IMG/VR virus record: IMGVR_UViG_3300038520_001354
Coordinates: 30,644-94,643 of that record
Length of the DNA: 64,000 nt
Source of the DNA: a virus
Lineage: Duplodnaviria > Caudoviricetes
Strand: one strand, 5' to 3'
Shown: positions 42,674 to 53,739 of the stretch, one piece after another
How the letters are laid out: each line of letters opens with the position of its first letter
Position numbering within the stretch: the first letter of the stretch is position 1
The notes under the pieces: generated by a model
The model's database searches: none
Told to the model about the DNA's origin: nothing
The model's input: the letters and a program-made list of their open reading frames with translations, nothing else
Program-made: the position numbers and the translations under genes

Positions 42674-43267
42674 TCATTCTTCTTCACTTCCCCATTTCTG
42701 TATTCTATCTTCTCTTCCATTTACATAGATAGTTAATTCATTAGGACTATTATTAGTCCAAGAACCCCAATGATTATACCCGCCTAATACAATAGCATTT
42801 TGCATATTTGTGTCCCAAATACTGACAGTTCTAATATCCACACCACTAAAATAAGCCGAACCAAAAGGATGAGTATGAATCCAACACTTAATCGGTAACT
42901 TCATTCCAATTGGCGGTTGCATACCAAACTCAACATATCCTGCTGAACCTGTTGTTACATAACAATTATTGTCACCATCAATAACAACTTGAATTTCTAG
43001 TTTAGGTAGTATTTCAGTTGAAGCATACCAAATAGCACTATGAAACTCAAAGGTATTCCAAACATTTCTGTAATGGCCGCTATCAATACATTCTTTATAT
43101 TTATTTAAAATGTATTGTTCTGCTTGTGGTCTTAAAACTTCATTAAGTTCTCTATCCCACCTTTCAAGTTCTTCATCTGAAGGTTCTTCTATTGGCTCAT
43201 CATTTACTCTATACATATCATTTATTTCATCAAAAAAATGGTCTTTCAGTCTTCCCAATTTATTCAC
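42674..43267 (-). CDS. JAB/MPN+ (JAMM) metalloprotease
   Basis: LEIQV (catalytic Glu) and WIHTHPFGSAYFSGVD (HxH-x7-S-x2-D). Confidence 0.85.
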   Translation of the reverse strand: MNKLGRLKDHFFDEINDMYRVNDEPIEEPSDEELERWDRELNEVLRPQAEQYILNKYKECIDSGHYRNVWNTFEFHSAIWYASTEILPKLEIQVVIDGDNNCYVTTGSAGYVEFGMQPPIGMKLPIKCWIHTHPFGSAYFSGVDIRTVSIWDTNMQNAIVLGGYNHWGSWTNNSPNELTIYVNGREDRIQKWGSEEE

Positions 43268-44201
43268 CTCTTATCTTGTCTAATTTGGCTTGAGCCTTAG
43301 CAATCTTCTTATCTTTTTTAGCCTGTTTCTTAGCCATACGCTTCTCCTTACGAGATAGTTTAACGGGCTTTGAGTCCTTTTCCTTTCTCGATTTGATGGC
43401 TTCTGCGGCCTTCATAAGCATTGAGATATGCTCAGGTTTTGCGCTATCAACCAACTTTTCTAAGCGACCTGCGATTTGGCTATATGTTCTATTATAGCGT
43501 TTTCTCGCTTCATCAATAGATAACTCATAAAAGTTACAAAGTAAATCAAAATCCTCCTCTTGAGTCCATCTTGGAGAATAAGTCCTCTTTGATTGCTTCT
43601 TAGTTTTCTTTCGTGGTTTAGGCGAAGGTTCTGGTTTATTTACCTTAACTGTATTCTTAGCGTTATACCACTTTTGTTCAGCCGAACCTGCGCTTCTTTT
43701 TAGTTTTCTTGCTAATGCTAAAACTTCTTGACGGGTTTTACAAGCCATCAATTGTTTAGTTTCTTTTGCTGTCCATCTTCCTTTTTTCATATTATTCACT
43801 CTCTTTTCTATTTGTTTTTCCACCATATTTTCATGTTGAATCTTTCCTTGTATTGCTAACTTCTTTTGATATTCACTAAGTCGCTTTTTCGATAACTTCT
43901 GTCCAAACTGTTCTTCAAATCCATTTATAGTTTTAAGAACACTAAAGTTATTTAGGAAACAAGCATTTAGAAATACTTCCTCTTCAGGAGTTAGATGTTC
44001 TTTATGCGTAACTACTTTACCTGTTAGAAGAGTTTGTCTGTATTTAGTATAAAGATAACCACCTGTTGTATTATGCTTATATTTTCTGTTGTAACTCTTG
44101 GCTATCTTTTCCCAAGATTTACCTTTAGATTTTTGAATTACTATCCAAGCAATTACTTCTCCGTTCCAAGTTAATCTTCTTTTATCTGCATTATTATTCA
44201 T
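43260..44201 (-). CDS. Myb/SANT-like repeat DNA-binding protein
   Basis: LTPEEEVFL, RWTAKETKQL, RWTQEEDFDL repeats. Confidence 0.55.
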   Translation of the reverse strand: MNNNADKRRLTWNGEVIAWIVIQKSKGKSWEKIAKSYNRKYKHNTTGGYLYTKYRQTLLTGKVVTHKEHLTPEEEVFLNACFLNNFSVLKTINGFEEQFGQKLSKKRLSEYQKKLAIQGKIQHENMVEKQIEKRVNNMKKGRWTAKETKQLMACKTRQEVLALARKLKRSAGSAEQKWYNAKNTVKVNKPEPSPKPRKKTKKQSKRTYSPRWTQEEDFDLLCNFYELSIDEARKRYNRTYSQIAGRLEKLVDSAKPEHISMLMKAAEAIKSRKEKDSKPVKLSRKEKRMAKKQAKKDKKIAKAQAKLDKIRGE

Positions 44202-44758
44202 ACATTCACCACCATATATTCTCTTACTTGTTCTTCATTAAACCATCTTTGAATCCATTGTGCGCCTAATCCTGCAATTGCTACTTGCATAAAATGAACA
44301 TTCTTATTTGTTCCATCCCACGAATCTCCTTGACAAGAATAACTTCTATCATCACCTGCTAAAAGCATATCATACATCTCAGGATTAGCCTTATGTGACA
44401 CAAGCGCAGCGTTTCTGCCTTGCGCTCTAAGGTCAAGCCATTTAAGACTTGTGTTGTATAAGGTTCTTCTTACTCCTAAGTTATCCACGCAACAAACTAC
44501 CAAATCATATCCTTGCATTTGTTTTTCAGTTAGAATAGGATATGGAGTTGCTTTAGAAACAGATTTGTAATAATTATTTTTCATAACTTCTGCCTTATTA
44601 TGTCCAATATGACCATTACCAAAGTTCTGATAAGGTATATTCTTTTCCTCAACTTTATCGGGGTCTGCCACTGTTATATCATATAATTTTACTTTGTTTA
44701 AAAATTGAATCAAAAATGACCCAATTCCACCTGCACCTATAACTAATATCTTTCTCAT
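44198..44758 (-). CDS. ThiF/MoeB (E1-like) adenylyltransferase
   Basis: VIGAGGIGS, DPDKVEEKN..YQ, NKAE, CCVDN, candidate catalytic SCQ. Confidence 0.85.
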   Translation of the reverse strand: MRKILVIGAGGIGSFLIQFLNKVKLYDITVADPDKVEEKNIPYQNFGNGHIGHNKAEVMKNNYYKSVSKATPYPILTEKQMQGYDLVVCCVDNLGVRRTLYNTSLKWLDLRAQGRNAALVSHKANPEMYDMLLAGDDRSYSCQGDSWDGTNKNVHFMQVAIAGLGAQWIQRWFNEEQVREYMVVNV

Positions 44759-45395
44759 TACTCTTCCTCCATATTCTCAAGGTCATCTTTAATATCTTCA
44801 TCAATTAAAATATAATCTATACCATCTTCACCTGTAAAGGCAAAAGAATATGTCCGAATACCATGAACATCATATATTGGAGTTGGGTAATGTAATACTG
44901 TTGATTCCTCTAAAATTCTTTTTAGTCCTATCATTGTCGTAGTTAAGCCCATCTCCCAATCTTTATGTCCTCTAAATTCTTTTAGATACCATTCTGGATT
45001 AGAGGCTTCCATACTATTTATAATTTTTAAATAGCGAAGTGCTTTAATTAATAGTTCTCTCGTTGTTAATTCTTCCATTGGTGTTAATCTCTTTCTCATT
45101 CAAAACCAACTCCAAATCCTGCGCCTCTTTGTAAATCTGCTTCAAACATTTGTTTCATCTGTTCATACCTTCTTTTCATATCTTCAAAGGATGCTAAAAA
45201 GAACTCTGGTATTTCCTCACATTCAAGAGAAATAACTGTATTTTTTGGAATCATTGTAAATCCTGTCTTAGTTTTTACACCAATATATTCATTAAATGGC
45301 CCATCACCAATAACAAATTTTCCTTCTATTTCTGCTTTTTCATATGTTTCAACTATATGACTTCCATTTTCATAATATACTATCTTTATATTCAT
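44758..45395 (-). other. Two hypothetical ORFs (44758..45099, 45096..45395)
   Basis: Coupled ORFs. Confidence 0.5.
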
Positions 45396-45404
45396 ATTCT
45401 CACC

Positions 45405-45743
45405 TCAAAATGTTTTGCCGTGCATAAATTCACGGTCTTTATTATATTCTATCTTTGCTAGAATTGCACCTGCAATATCCAAATCTTTACCAAAAGCATA
45501 ATCCATAATACGAATTACTGCATCTGCTAATTCTTCTTCAACTTTAGTAAAATCCATTATCTTATTTGATGTTGGATTATCATGTCTCATGGCTTCTAAA
45601 GCCTCACTAATTTCAGAGTGAATGAGAGCCATAGCCTCACCATCATTTCTTTCAGTATCTTTCCAAAAGCCATGATTAACTGCTATTGTATAAATCTCTT
45701 TACATTTCTTATTCCATTCTTTTTCAAAAGTCAAACTTAACAC
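45405..45743 (-). CDS. MazG-like NTP pyrophosphohydrolase
   Basis: LIHSEISEALEA...EEELADAVIRIMD...KIEYN. Confidence 0.8.
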   Translation of the reverse strand: MLSLTFEKEWNKKCKEIYTIAVNHGFWKDTERNDGEAMALIHSEISEALEAMRHDNPTSNKIMDFTKVEEELADAVIRIMDYAFGKDLDIAGAILAKIEYNKDREFMHGKTF

Positions 45744-45978
45744 CTCTCTTAATTGCTAATTTTTCTAATTTATCCACATGCCTTTTTGGTGCGTGTTTTT
45801 TTGCAACTATTTGTATTAATGTATTTGATATGTTTTCAGATACAGGCACTACTGTTGCACAACTACTGCACACCGGATTGTGTGATTTATCACATATTGT
45901 TACTGCTTTTATTTTATTACAAAAACTACAAACTTGTTTTCTAGTTTCCATATGTCTTAGTCCTACCATTTTATTCAC
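45724..45978 (-). CDS. Small zinc-finger protein
   Basis: CSFC...C...CSSC. Confidence 0.5.
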   Translation of the reverse strand: MNKMVGLRHMETRKQVCSFCNKIKAVTICDKSHNPVCSSCATVVPVSENISNTLIQIVAKKHAPKRHVDKLEKLAIKRGVKFDF

Positions 45979-46849
45979 CTATTTTATTTATATCTTTGCC
46001 TTTTAATTCTTTTGCATTATTGTAGCCAATCATATTTAGAATGGCTTTTGTTTGTCTCCAAATAACCCATCTTGAAAAGCCGGTTATTTCGGAAATTTTC
46101 TGACAAGTAATATCATGTCTTAAATTTATATTGGCTGCAATATAAATTATAGAGGCATAATATGACCTGCCTTTATTGAAATTATAATCATTCGCTTTCT
46201 TTTCAAAGAACTCTAATGTTTTAATTGCTTGTCTTTGAAACTCAATATCTTCTGTTATCTTATGAAGTGTTTGCTTCAAAAGATACTGTGGATTGATTGG
46301 AGTATAGTTTACACTATTACGATGCTCTTGGTTTATTTTCCTAACTAATCTCTTAACTATTTTAAGACTAGGATTAAATTCTGAACAAACATCTTTAAAA
46401 GAATGAGGGGTTCCATTTTCTTTTAAAGCGTAATAAACCACTGCCGTTGCTCTTGCTTCATAAACACTTCTTCCGAATAGTCCTTTATTCTGTAATTTGA
46501 TATATAATTCCTCAACTCTATCATTTAGATTTAATTGAGGGGCTACATGGGCCAATACCATATTACAGTGCATGAGTCCATTCTGTATGTGTTTAGGCAT
46601 TACACTGTTCTTTCCAAATTTATTAAATTTATAAGAACCTTTACCTGCAATAACAGAGCCTAATTTACCTTTATCTGAGGAATGCTTAACATTCCCAACA
46701 GTATCTAAAATATGAACTGTTTCTTCAAACATTTCAGTTACGAGAACTAATCCACAATCTTTGCAGATTTTTTCTCCCATATTTTCATCGTATTCATATT
46801 CTGTGCATCCACATTCATTGCAAACCATTTTCATCAACTCTATATTCAT
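45971..46849 (-). CDS. tfb: Transcription initiation factor TFB/TFIIB homologue
   Basis: N-terminal zinc ribbon CNECG...GEKICKDCGLVL and two cyclin-like repeats (GRSVYEARATAVVY; KGRSYYASIIY). Confidence 0.85.
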   Translation of the reverse strand: MNIELMKMVCNECGCTEYEYDENMGEKICKDCGLVLVTEMFEETVHILDTVGNVKHSSDKGKLGSVIAGKGSYKFNKFGKNSVMPKHIQNGLMHCNMVLAHVAPQLNLNDRVEELYIKLQNKGLFGRSVYEARATAVVYYALKENGTPHSFKDVCSEFNPSLKIVKRLVRKINQEHRNSVNYTPINPQYLLKQTLHKITEDIEFQRQAIKTLEFFEKKANDYNFNKGRSYYASIIYIAANINLRHDITCQKISEITGFSRWVIWRQTKAILNMIGYNNAKELKGKDINKIGE

Positions 46850-47990
46850 TCGGTTCAGTCGTTATATACGACTTAATTGTATTTACTATTTTTATTGTCA
46901 TTGAGTCATTTAATAATGCTAATGCTCTTGTAGCGAATTGGTCGCCTAATGGTGAACCATCAGACATATTATCTATACAAATCGGCCCACGCCATTTGGG
47001 TGCAGAATAGTATTTCTCATATATTTTATTACCATCTTTATCTTCACCAACTTCTTTTGCTTCCACTGTTGGCTGCCAAATATATGTTGAAACCATTTGA
47101 ATACCAGATTTAAATTTATTATTAGTAAGTTTCCAATCGTAATCTTTACCTCTAATTAACATAAACTCTAATTCATTATCATCATTATAATGAGCCGCTA
47201 ATCTTCCCTTATTAGATTCTAGCATTTCAGAAACTAATTGTAATGCTCTATCTTCAACAATATCGCTCATTCTATTTTGCTTCAAAAAGGCTATCATAAC
47301 TTTCAATTCCGACTCGGATGGTTTCTTACCCATCAAGCGTTCATATAATGTTTTGGGTGCTAATCTTTTCCAAGAACCTCTTGATTTGCCATGCAAATAA
47401 AAGTTACAATAAGTGTCGAGTTCTTTGACAGTCAATTCTCCCCAAATACCGTCACTTATTTCCATAGCCATCATTTTATCACCGATTTGCATTACATTGA
47501 GTCTAACATCAACTCTTTCATAATTCTCCATGAAATGAAAAGGCGCACGATTTTCTAAACAATACTTGACATTTTCCGGCAAGTTTAGAGTAGTATAAAG
47601 ACTTGATAGCAATACTTCAGGATTATCTTCAAAACAAGATTTGTATGTTAATCTTGCTAACGCTGAACATATTGTTGATAAACTATATGATTTACCGTTT
47701 AGATGATAACGAATCCCTTCTCTTGATAAAACAACAGGACAACTATTAATCATAACTACATGATTAAAAGTCTCACCGAAAGTTATTCCACGATGAAGTT
47801 GATACTTTCTTTTTTTACTACGAGTCGATAAAATACTTCTCCAAAAAGACTCTAATCCCGCTTGAACAGGGTCTTTTGCTTGTCTATCATACTGAACTGT
47901 TCTGTGGTGAGGAAAGTGATAGGTTGCACAACGAATTGTGGTTGTATAATATTCTCCACCATCAGAAGGTTTACTAATTCTTAATTCCAT
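46815..47990 (-). CDS. Hypothetical protein with C-terminal GPICID...GDQ...LALLND motif
   Basis: 391-aa ORF; function not recognised. Confidence 0.55.
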   Translation of the reverse strand: MELRISKPSDGGEYYTTTIRCATYHFPHHRTVQYDRQAKDPVQAGLESFWRSILSTRSKKRKYQLHRGITFGETFNHVVMINSCPVVLSREGIRYHLNGKSYSLSTICSALARLTYKSCFEDNPEVLLSSLYTTLNLPENVKYCLENRAPFHFMENYERVDVRLNVMQIGDKMMAMEISDGIWGELTVKELDTYCNFYLHGKSRGSWKRLAPKTLYERLMGKKPSESELKVMIAFLKQNRMSDIVEDRALQLVSEMLESNKGRLAAHYNDDNELEFMLIRGKDYDWKLTNNKFKSGIQMVSTYIWQPTVEAKEVGEDKDGNKIYEKYYSAPKWRGPICIDNMSDGSPLGDQFATRALALLNDSMTIKIVNTIKSYITTEPNEYRVDENGLQ

Positions 47991-48121
47991 ATTATCACAT
48001 CATATATACATTTTTATTATCATTATTACATTCTTCATGAATTTCATTCTTAATATCGGAGGCTGATAATAATTGTCCTCCGCATACTCGGCATCGAGTA
48101 GCAATACGCTTATTTGTTCTT

Positions 48122-48502
48122 TTATTTAGCGTATATTTCGGGTCGTTTTCTTTCATAGTCACCACATACTTTATTTATTATTTTTATTCTATCTTTACAT
48201 ATTTGACAATCTTTTTGCTCAAATGTTATTCCGCAATTAGCATCATGGTAATCTAAAATATCCCTTGTTTCAGCATATTTCTTTTTTATGTATTGAGGAA
48301 AGCCTGTTTCAACGGCTTCCGGTATTTCCCATAAACATTCCATTATAGTAGTATTTAATCTATGTATTTTTTCTCTGTCATCCCACATGGAATCACAGAC
48401 ATTTATTGCTAATCTTATTTTATTTAAGCACCTTTCATCAAAGTCTCTTATTATTGTTATTATAGTTGATAAATACTCTCCATATGATTTGAAGAGTTTC
48501 AT
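48122..48502 (-). CDS. Hypothetical protein
   Basis: ORF from MKLFKSY. Confidence 0.45.
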   Translation of the reverse strand: MKLFKSYGEYLSTIITIIRDFDERCLNKIRLAINVCDSMWDDREKIHRLNTTIMECLWEIPEAVETGFPQYIKKKYAETRDILDYHDANCGITFEQKDCQICKDRIKIINKVCGDYERKRPEIYAK

Positions 48503-48515
48503 TTTTTTCACTTCC

Positions 48516-50384
48516 TTATATTTCGCATAATCCGCCAGCACAAGCAATTTCACCGGACAAATCAGTATTATCCTGAGTTTCTGTTACTTGTGTTAAATCA
48601 ATATTTTGAAGAGTTTGTGTTAACTGCTCATAAGTTTGTTTATCACAATCTTCAAATGGGGCTTGAGTATATGTTCCGCCATCATAAGGCAATACAGACA
48701 ATCCATTATAATAATGTCGATTTAACCACATCCAATCCGCAACAATATCCCATTCATCTTCTTTAATAGAAATAGTCGCTGAAACATTATGTGTATTTAA
48801 TCCATCAGCGTGTCCAGCACGAACCCATCTAATACTAAAATTCTTTACTCTTTCTAATAAATCAAATACTGATTCATGTCTAGTAATAGCATCTTGTGGT
48901 GCTTTTTGCGGCACACTAATTACTGCTTGTTTTGTTGGATTAAAGAACTCATCTTCAACTAATTCAGGATGGTTGTTTAATAGATAAGAATAAATCGCTT
49001 CATCCTTTCCTACTCTTAATCTGCGAATATAATAATCATTATGCCATGCGTGAATACCACTTGAAGTTCCTAATACTAAAGAAGTAGTTCCGGCAGGTTT
49101 AACACAGGTTGTTCTTGATGCAGGATTTATTCCAATTATCTTAGAAACTCTTTCGTTTTCTTTCTTTACTTCAAAGGCAGCCATTTCTAAATCTAAATGT
49201 TCAACAATATTAGAAGCAATTCCTGTCATTGACACTCCTAATAGTGCATCTTTTTCAGAGTTCTTTCTCCATACTTCTCTTAAATAATGGAAATCAGTAT
49301 AACCTGCTTGTAATGTTCCTAAGAATGAAGCAGCACTAACTCTCTGTTCTAAATCTGCTTGGTCTTTTACATTAGAAGCATTTACTTCTGTTAAATTACA
49401 AAACTGATATGGTCGCAAAGCAATTTCACAACAAGGATTTGTTCCCCAATCTTTATCATTATTAAAATAAATTCCGGGTTCTCCACTACCACTTAATTCA
49501 ATTCTTTTCCATAAATCCATAAAGAAATCTTTAGTTACTCTATGTCTCAGTAATACTGCGGAGTTATTTGCACGACCTCTTTGTGGATTATTTTCCCACC
49601 AATTACCAGATTTACATGAAATCATTTCATTATCATCTGCGGAGAATAAACTAATCATAGCGGCTCTCCGAATACCGCCACTTAAAACTGCATCTGCAAT
49701 ATGGCACATAATATCATGTGCTTGAATAGGACTTAATTTAGTTCCATTAGGAATGTTTTGTAAGATACCTTCTATTTTAACAAGACATTCTCTTAATGGT
49801 TGAGAACCCGGTGCTTTTCCTCCAGAAGTAATTAATAAAGCACCTTTTTCTCTAATATCTGAATAATCAAATACAGGAGTTGATGTTCTGATTCCCATAT
49901 AACATTCCATTAATACTTTAACTGCATCAGCCCATCCTTCGATAGAATCAGCAATTAAATACCTTCGTTGTCTTTGTGGATTTGGTTTTTGGACTTCAGA
50001 CAATAAATCTATATGGTGTCTTTGAACAGAATAACCTACTCCTGTTCCACCAAGTAATAAAAACATAGCCTCACTAAATGCTAAATAAGAATCAATCGGC
50101 ATATATGCACAATTATATACTCTATTAGGAGATATTTCAATAGGCTTTCCACCAAACTGCATTGAACGCATAGATGGCAATACAAGTTTAGGCTTTACGA
50201 AATACTCATAAACATTTCTAATGTCTTCTTCTAATTGAGGATAATGCTTAATGTGCATATTCATATTTCTTTCACATATTTCATCCCAAGTTTCTCTTCT
50301 TTGCATTTCGGGCTTAAACTTAGCATACTTCATATGAACTGTAATATCTGATAATATCTTTTTATTAGGACTTTGTTTTGACAT
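48516..50384 (-). CDS. nrdJ: Class II (adenosylcobalamin-dependent) ribonucleotide reductase
   Basis: YNCAY, GTGVGYS, TNPCCEI, FCNLTE, CVKPAGT, C-terminal CAGGLCEI; no small subunit nearby. Confidence 0.9.
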   Translation of the reverse strand: MSKQSPNKKILSDITVHMKYAKFKPEMQRRETWDEICERNMNMHIKHYPQLEEDIRNVYEYFVKPKLVLPSMRSMQFGGKPIEISPNRVYNCAYMPIDSYLAFSEAMFLLLGGTGVGYSVQRHHIDLLSEVQKPNPQRQRRYLIADSIEGWADAVKVLMECYMGIRTSTPVFDYSDIREKGALLITSGGKAPGSQPLRECLVKIEGILQNIPNGTKLSPIQAHDIMCHIADAVLSGGIRRAAMISLFSADDNEMISCKSGNWWENNPQRGRANNSAVLLRHRVTKDFFMDLWKRIELSGSGEPGIYFNNDKDWGTNPCCEIALRPYQFCNLTEVNASNVKDQADLEQRVSAASFLGTLQAGYTDFHYLREVWRKNSEKDALLGVSMTGIASNIVEHLDLEMAAFEVKKENERVSKIIGINPASRTTCVKPAGTTSLVLGTSSGIHAWHNDYYIRRLRVGKDEAIYSYLLNNHPELVEDEFFNPTKQAVISVPQKAPQDAITRHESVFDLLERVKNFSIRWVRAGHADGLNTHNVSATISIKEDEWDIVADWMWLNRHYYNGLSVLPYDGGTYTQAPFEDCDKQTYEQLTQTLQNIDLTQVTETQDNTDLSGEIACAGGLCEI

Positions 50385-50386
50385 AA

Positions 50387-50770
50387 TTAACACCTGTATT
50401 TTGTTCTCTTAGGTAATTCAGCAAGGTTAGAAAAAGATGATAACCAATTCTTTCCATCGGTTACTACCCATTCTTTTTCTTCAAGAAATACCCAATTCTT
50501 AAAGTCAAGTATAGCATCTTCACCACAAGATTCTAACAAATCTGTGGTCGAAGAAAATACTTGCCCTGCGTATTCTATACGGGTCGAACCATCCGCATAA
50601 ATATATCCCTTCTTGCCTACCGCAAGGATATGCGTAGGCGGATAAAAGTCGGGCTTTACGATTGCTAGGTCTTTAATTGTTATGGCTTCTGATAATTTCC
50701 AGCCTTTTAAATCTAGCATAATTTTTAATCCATTTTCATCAATAAAGTTGAGTAAATCGGGCAACATCAC
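50387..50770 (-). CDS. Hypothetical protein
   Basis: 127-aa ORF between Ubl and RNR. Confidence 0.5.
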   Translation of the reverse strand: MMLPDLLNFIDENGLKIMLDLKGWKLSEAITIKDLAIVKPDFYPPTHILAVGKKGYIYADGSTRIEYAGQVFSSTTDLLESCGEDAILDFKNWVFLEEKEWVVTDGKNWLSSFSNLAELPKRTKYRC

Positions 50771-50772
50771 CC

Positions 50773-50817
50773 AAAAAAGGGGATAGTATTAGGCGGATTA
50801 AACCTAATACTACCCCC
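50773..50817 (-). terminator. Hairpin plus T-run downstream of the Ubl gene
   Basis: GGGGATAGTATTAGG/CCTAATACTACCCC inverted repeat followed by TTTTTT on the - strand. Confidence 0.7.
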
Positions 50818-50849
50818 GTAGTTGTGGAAGAGTAAGTCAATTACTTAAC

Positions 50850-51056
50850 TTAGAGACTTCCTCCAACAATAGCGGGTGTTAAATCCACTTGAGTTACTTC
50901 ATCCCAATTAATTGAATTAACCGATTCACGGCTAACCATTTCATTGTCAATAAAAATCCAATGGGTTGGGTGTCTATCTATTTGCTCTATTACTTCTGAA
51001 TTAGCCAATACCAATTCAGTGTGTCCTGTTTCATTCTGTATTCTAATCTTAATCAT
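50850..51056 (-). CDS. Ubiquitin-like (beta-grasp) protein precursor ending GG-SL
   Basis: 68 aa; MIKIRI start, WIFIDNEMV, VDLTPAIVGG then a two-residue extension. Confidence 0.75.
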   Translation of the reverse strand: MIKIRIQNETGHTELVLANSEVIEQIDRHPTHWIFIDNEMVSRESVNSINWDEVTQVDLTPAIVGGSL

Positions 51057-51094
51057 TATAAATCACTCTCTCTTACTATCTCCACTCTTCCAAA

Positions 51095-51111
51095 GTATAT
51101 AAAGGAGTTCA
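51095..51111 (-). promoter_or_regulatory. Promoter motif TGAACTCCTTTATATAC upstream of Ubl
   Basis: TATA box TTTATATA; identical 17-mer at 59048..59064. Confidence 0.7.
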
Positions 51112-51223
51112 TATCCTCTCATAGTCGCCCTCCTTTAGTAGCATGACTAATCCCAAACCTGTGCATATTAGTGTAATCCACATTAATATCCACATTGTTC
51201 TAAATATTATTTCGCCTATCATC

Positions 51224-53050
51224 TTACTCACCTTTATCTTTCATTAATGAAATTATTTTATTATTCAAAGTAGTTAACTGTCTCTGAATCTTATTCTCAA
51301 ATTCGATTTGTCTGTCAACAAAACTTTGCATTGACTTTGAAATTGATTCCATAGCCCTTTTCAATAAGTTATCAATAATATCTTGCCCAATAATATTCTC
51401 AAGATGATTGTTGACTTCTGCACCAACAAGGGCAGGAATATGACTATTTATTGTTTCTTCAAGTGCAAGCATTCTATCTTCAATAGCAGATATACTTCTT
51501 GCAGTTTTATCTTCTGCATTGGAAATAAGACTCGCTTTTCTTTTTTCATTATAACAAATGCTACACAGTGTTTCCCATCTTGCAGTTGTATTACTTCTTG
51601 TAACAAAACTATTATCGCATCTTTTACATTGTTTTACTATTGTCATTTTTAATCCTCCATTCTATCCATTTGTTCAAACTTGTATTGCTCTTGTAAGAAA
51701 CTTGTTAAGAGCATATCCATTTTTTCTTGTAGTGCTTCGATAATACCTGCAATTGTTCTTCTATGTAAACTAATCCATAGTTTATGATAAGTATTAACTA
51801 CTACCTTTGGTTCTCCGTTCTCGTTTTGGCTTATTACAATCGGTGGCATTTCTGCCGTATCTATTATTCTAAATTCAACATTTGTATTCATTATTTCACT
51901 TCCTTTTTTCCTAGCGGGAATAAGCATCTCCTAACGCTAAAGCATTCATTAGATTCTTAGTGTGAATGATACCCTCAATGCGCTCAAGGTCGTCATTCTT
52001 GTTCCTGTTTACCGAATTAACTACTAATTCTGCTACAATCTGTGCAAGTTTCTGTGGACTTGCGTTGCATAACAGTTGAGATAATTCGAGTTTAAGATGG
52101 TCTTGATATTGACTTTCTAAAAGACAATCAATACATTCCACTCTTTCAATACATTCAAGTCGGTAATTAGGAACCTCATACCAACCTATTCCATTACATT
52201 TTTCACATTCATTCATTAAAATTCCTCCGTTAAAGAAAATATCTTTTTGCTTTGCTTAGTCCAAAACATTATAGCAGCAATAGCCATATCCAATTTAACT
52301 TTATTTGCAAAAGTTGGGTTTTCTCTAAACTCTAGAGAAACCTTTTGAAATAAAGCGTCAGCGTTAAGCAATTTACGGTCTATAACATCAGGATTATCTG
52401 AATCTCCTTTTCCAACAGACTTTATAATCTCATCAAAATCATCTATATGTTTACTCATTTCTTATGACACTCCTTTTCTAAAATAATAAATCCTTCTCTT
52501 GATGCTGACCCATAAACAACATCAATACCAACTTGGTATTTTTGATAAATCAGATTGGAAATCGTCAAAACGGTTTCTAACCAATCTTCGGGCATATCAT
52601 ATGGAATACCCGTTTCATTCTTCAACTGTATTGCTAATGTTGGAAACTTTAATTCTTCACTCATTTACTTCACCTGCCTTTTCTTCTAAATCATTAAAAC
52701 AAGAATAACAATAATATCTTTTCTTACTAATTACTTTATTACAAGCCATACACCTTTCTTGGATTCTAACTTTCATCAAAATCCTCCAATGCGTCAAAGA
52801 ATGCTTGCATAAATTTCTCATGATAAGAATGATAAATATGCTGTTGTAGTATTTTCCATAATTCTGTTCCTACTTCATGTTCTTTTATTTTTTCATGGTA
52901 AACTTGCGCTCTATTCGCTTCAACCATTATATCATAATAATAAATAGGAACTAAACTATCAACCCATTCATGGATATGAGTATCGTCATTTCCATGTTCT
53001 TCTAAAAATTGTTGCGCTTGTTCTTCCCAATTAATTGTATCTAAACTCAT
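51224..53050 (-). other. Run of small hypothetical ORFs
   Basis: 51224..51646 (CxxC plus coiled coil), 51649..51927, 51911..52216 (CxxC), 52216..52458, 52455..52664, 52766..53050. Confidence 0.5.
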
Positions 53051-53739
53051 TCTAATTCCTCACTTAATTCTAATCTTGGAAACTTAGGGTTTCTCTCATT
53101 ATATTTTCTAACACCAATATTATATTTCTTAGCAAAATGATTTGCTGGAAACCAATCCGGTCTGCGGTCTTTACGCCATTCAGCAAAACGCCACTTACCT
53201 TCAAGATAATAATGACGATAAGATTTTATCACAAAGTCCCATTCTCTATCATCATACCATTTTTGGTCAGCAAAAGTCATTTCAAAATTTCTTTCAAGTC
53301 TGTATTTGTCATCCATAGCAATAGTTACAGGTTGTAATCTATTTTCTGGAAATGGATGTTTAAATATTACATCAAAGTAGGGAATACAATCAAGGATTCT
53401 TTGATGTGTTCCATGCTTTTTTTCATAGCGATAAGTGTATTCATCGCAAAGAGCCAAACCATGTTCATAAAGCCAATTCCAATTAGCGTAAGTCTGCCTC
53501 GCCCAAATGGTTGAGGGGTGATTTAGCATAGCAGGCTTCATTAATTTTGACCCAATCTCTTGATGAAAAGCCTTTAAATCTTTTAATTGAGGTTCTTTAC
53601 CGTGTTCTTGAACATATTGCATGTAAAGAATATTAGTATGCAACATTTGACAAGTTTCTGTTGGCATTTTGACAATATGTTTATCTAACATTTGTTCTGC
53701 TGATTCTCTAGGACATTTACTTAGTGCAAATATATTCAT
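53047..53739 (-). CDS. Pyrimidine-dimer glycosylase-like protein
   Basis: MNIF...DKHIVKMPTETCQML, NHPSTIWAR, LCDEYTYRY, SYRHYY. Confidence 0.7.
   Translation of the reverse strand: MNIFALSKCPRESAEQMLDKHIVKMPTETCQMLHTNILYMQYVQEHGKEPQLKDLKAFHQEIGSKLMKPAMLNHPSTIWARQTYANWNWLYEHGLALCDEYTYRYEKKHGTHQRILDCIPYFDVIFKHPFPENRLQPVTIAMDDKYRLERNFEMTFADQKWYDDREWDFVIKSYRHYYLEGKWRFAEWRKDRRPDWFPANHFAKKYNIGVRKYNERNPKFPRLELSEELE

Noticed and set aside
46815-47990. Firm E2 (UBC-fold) call
   Set aside because: Only one candidate cysteine motif and neighbourhood support it; kept as a hypothesis
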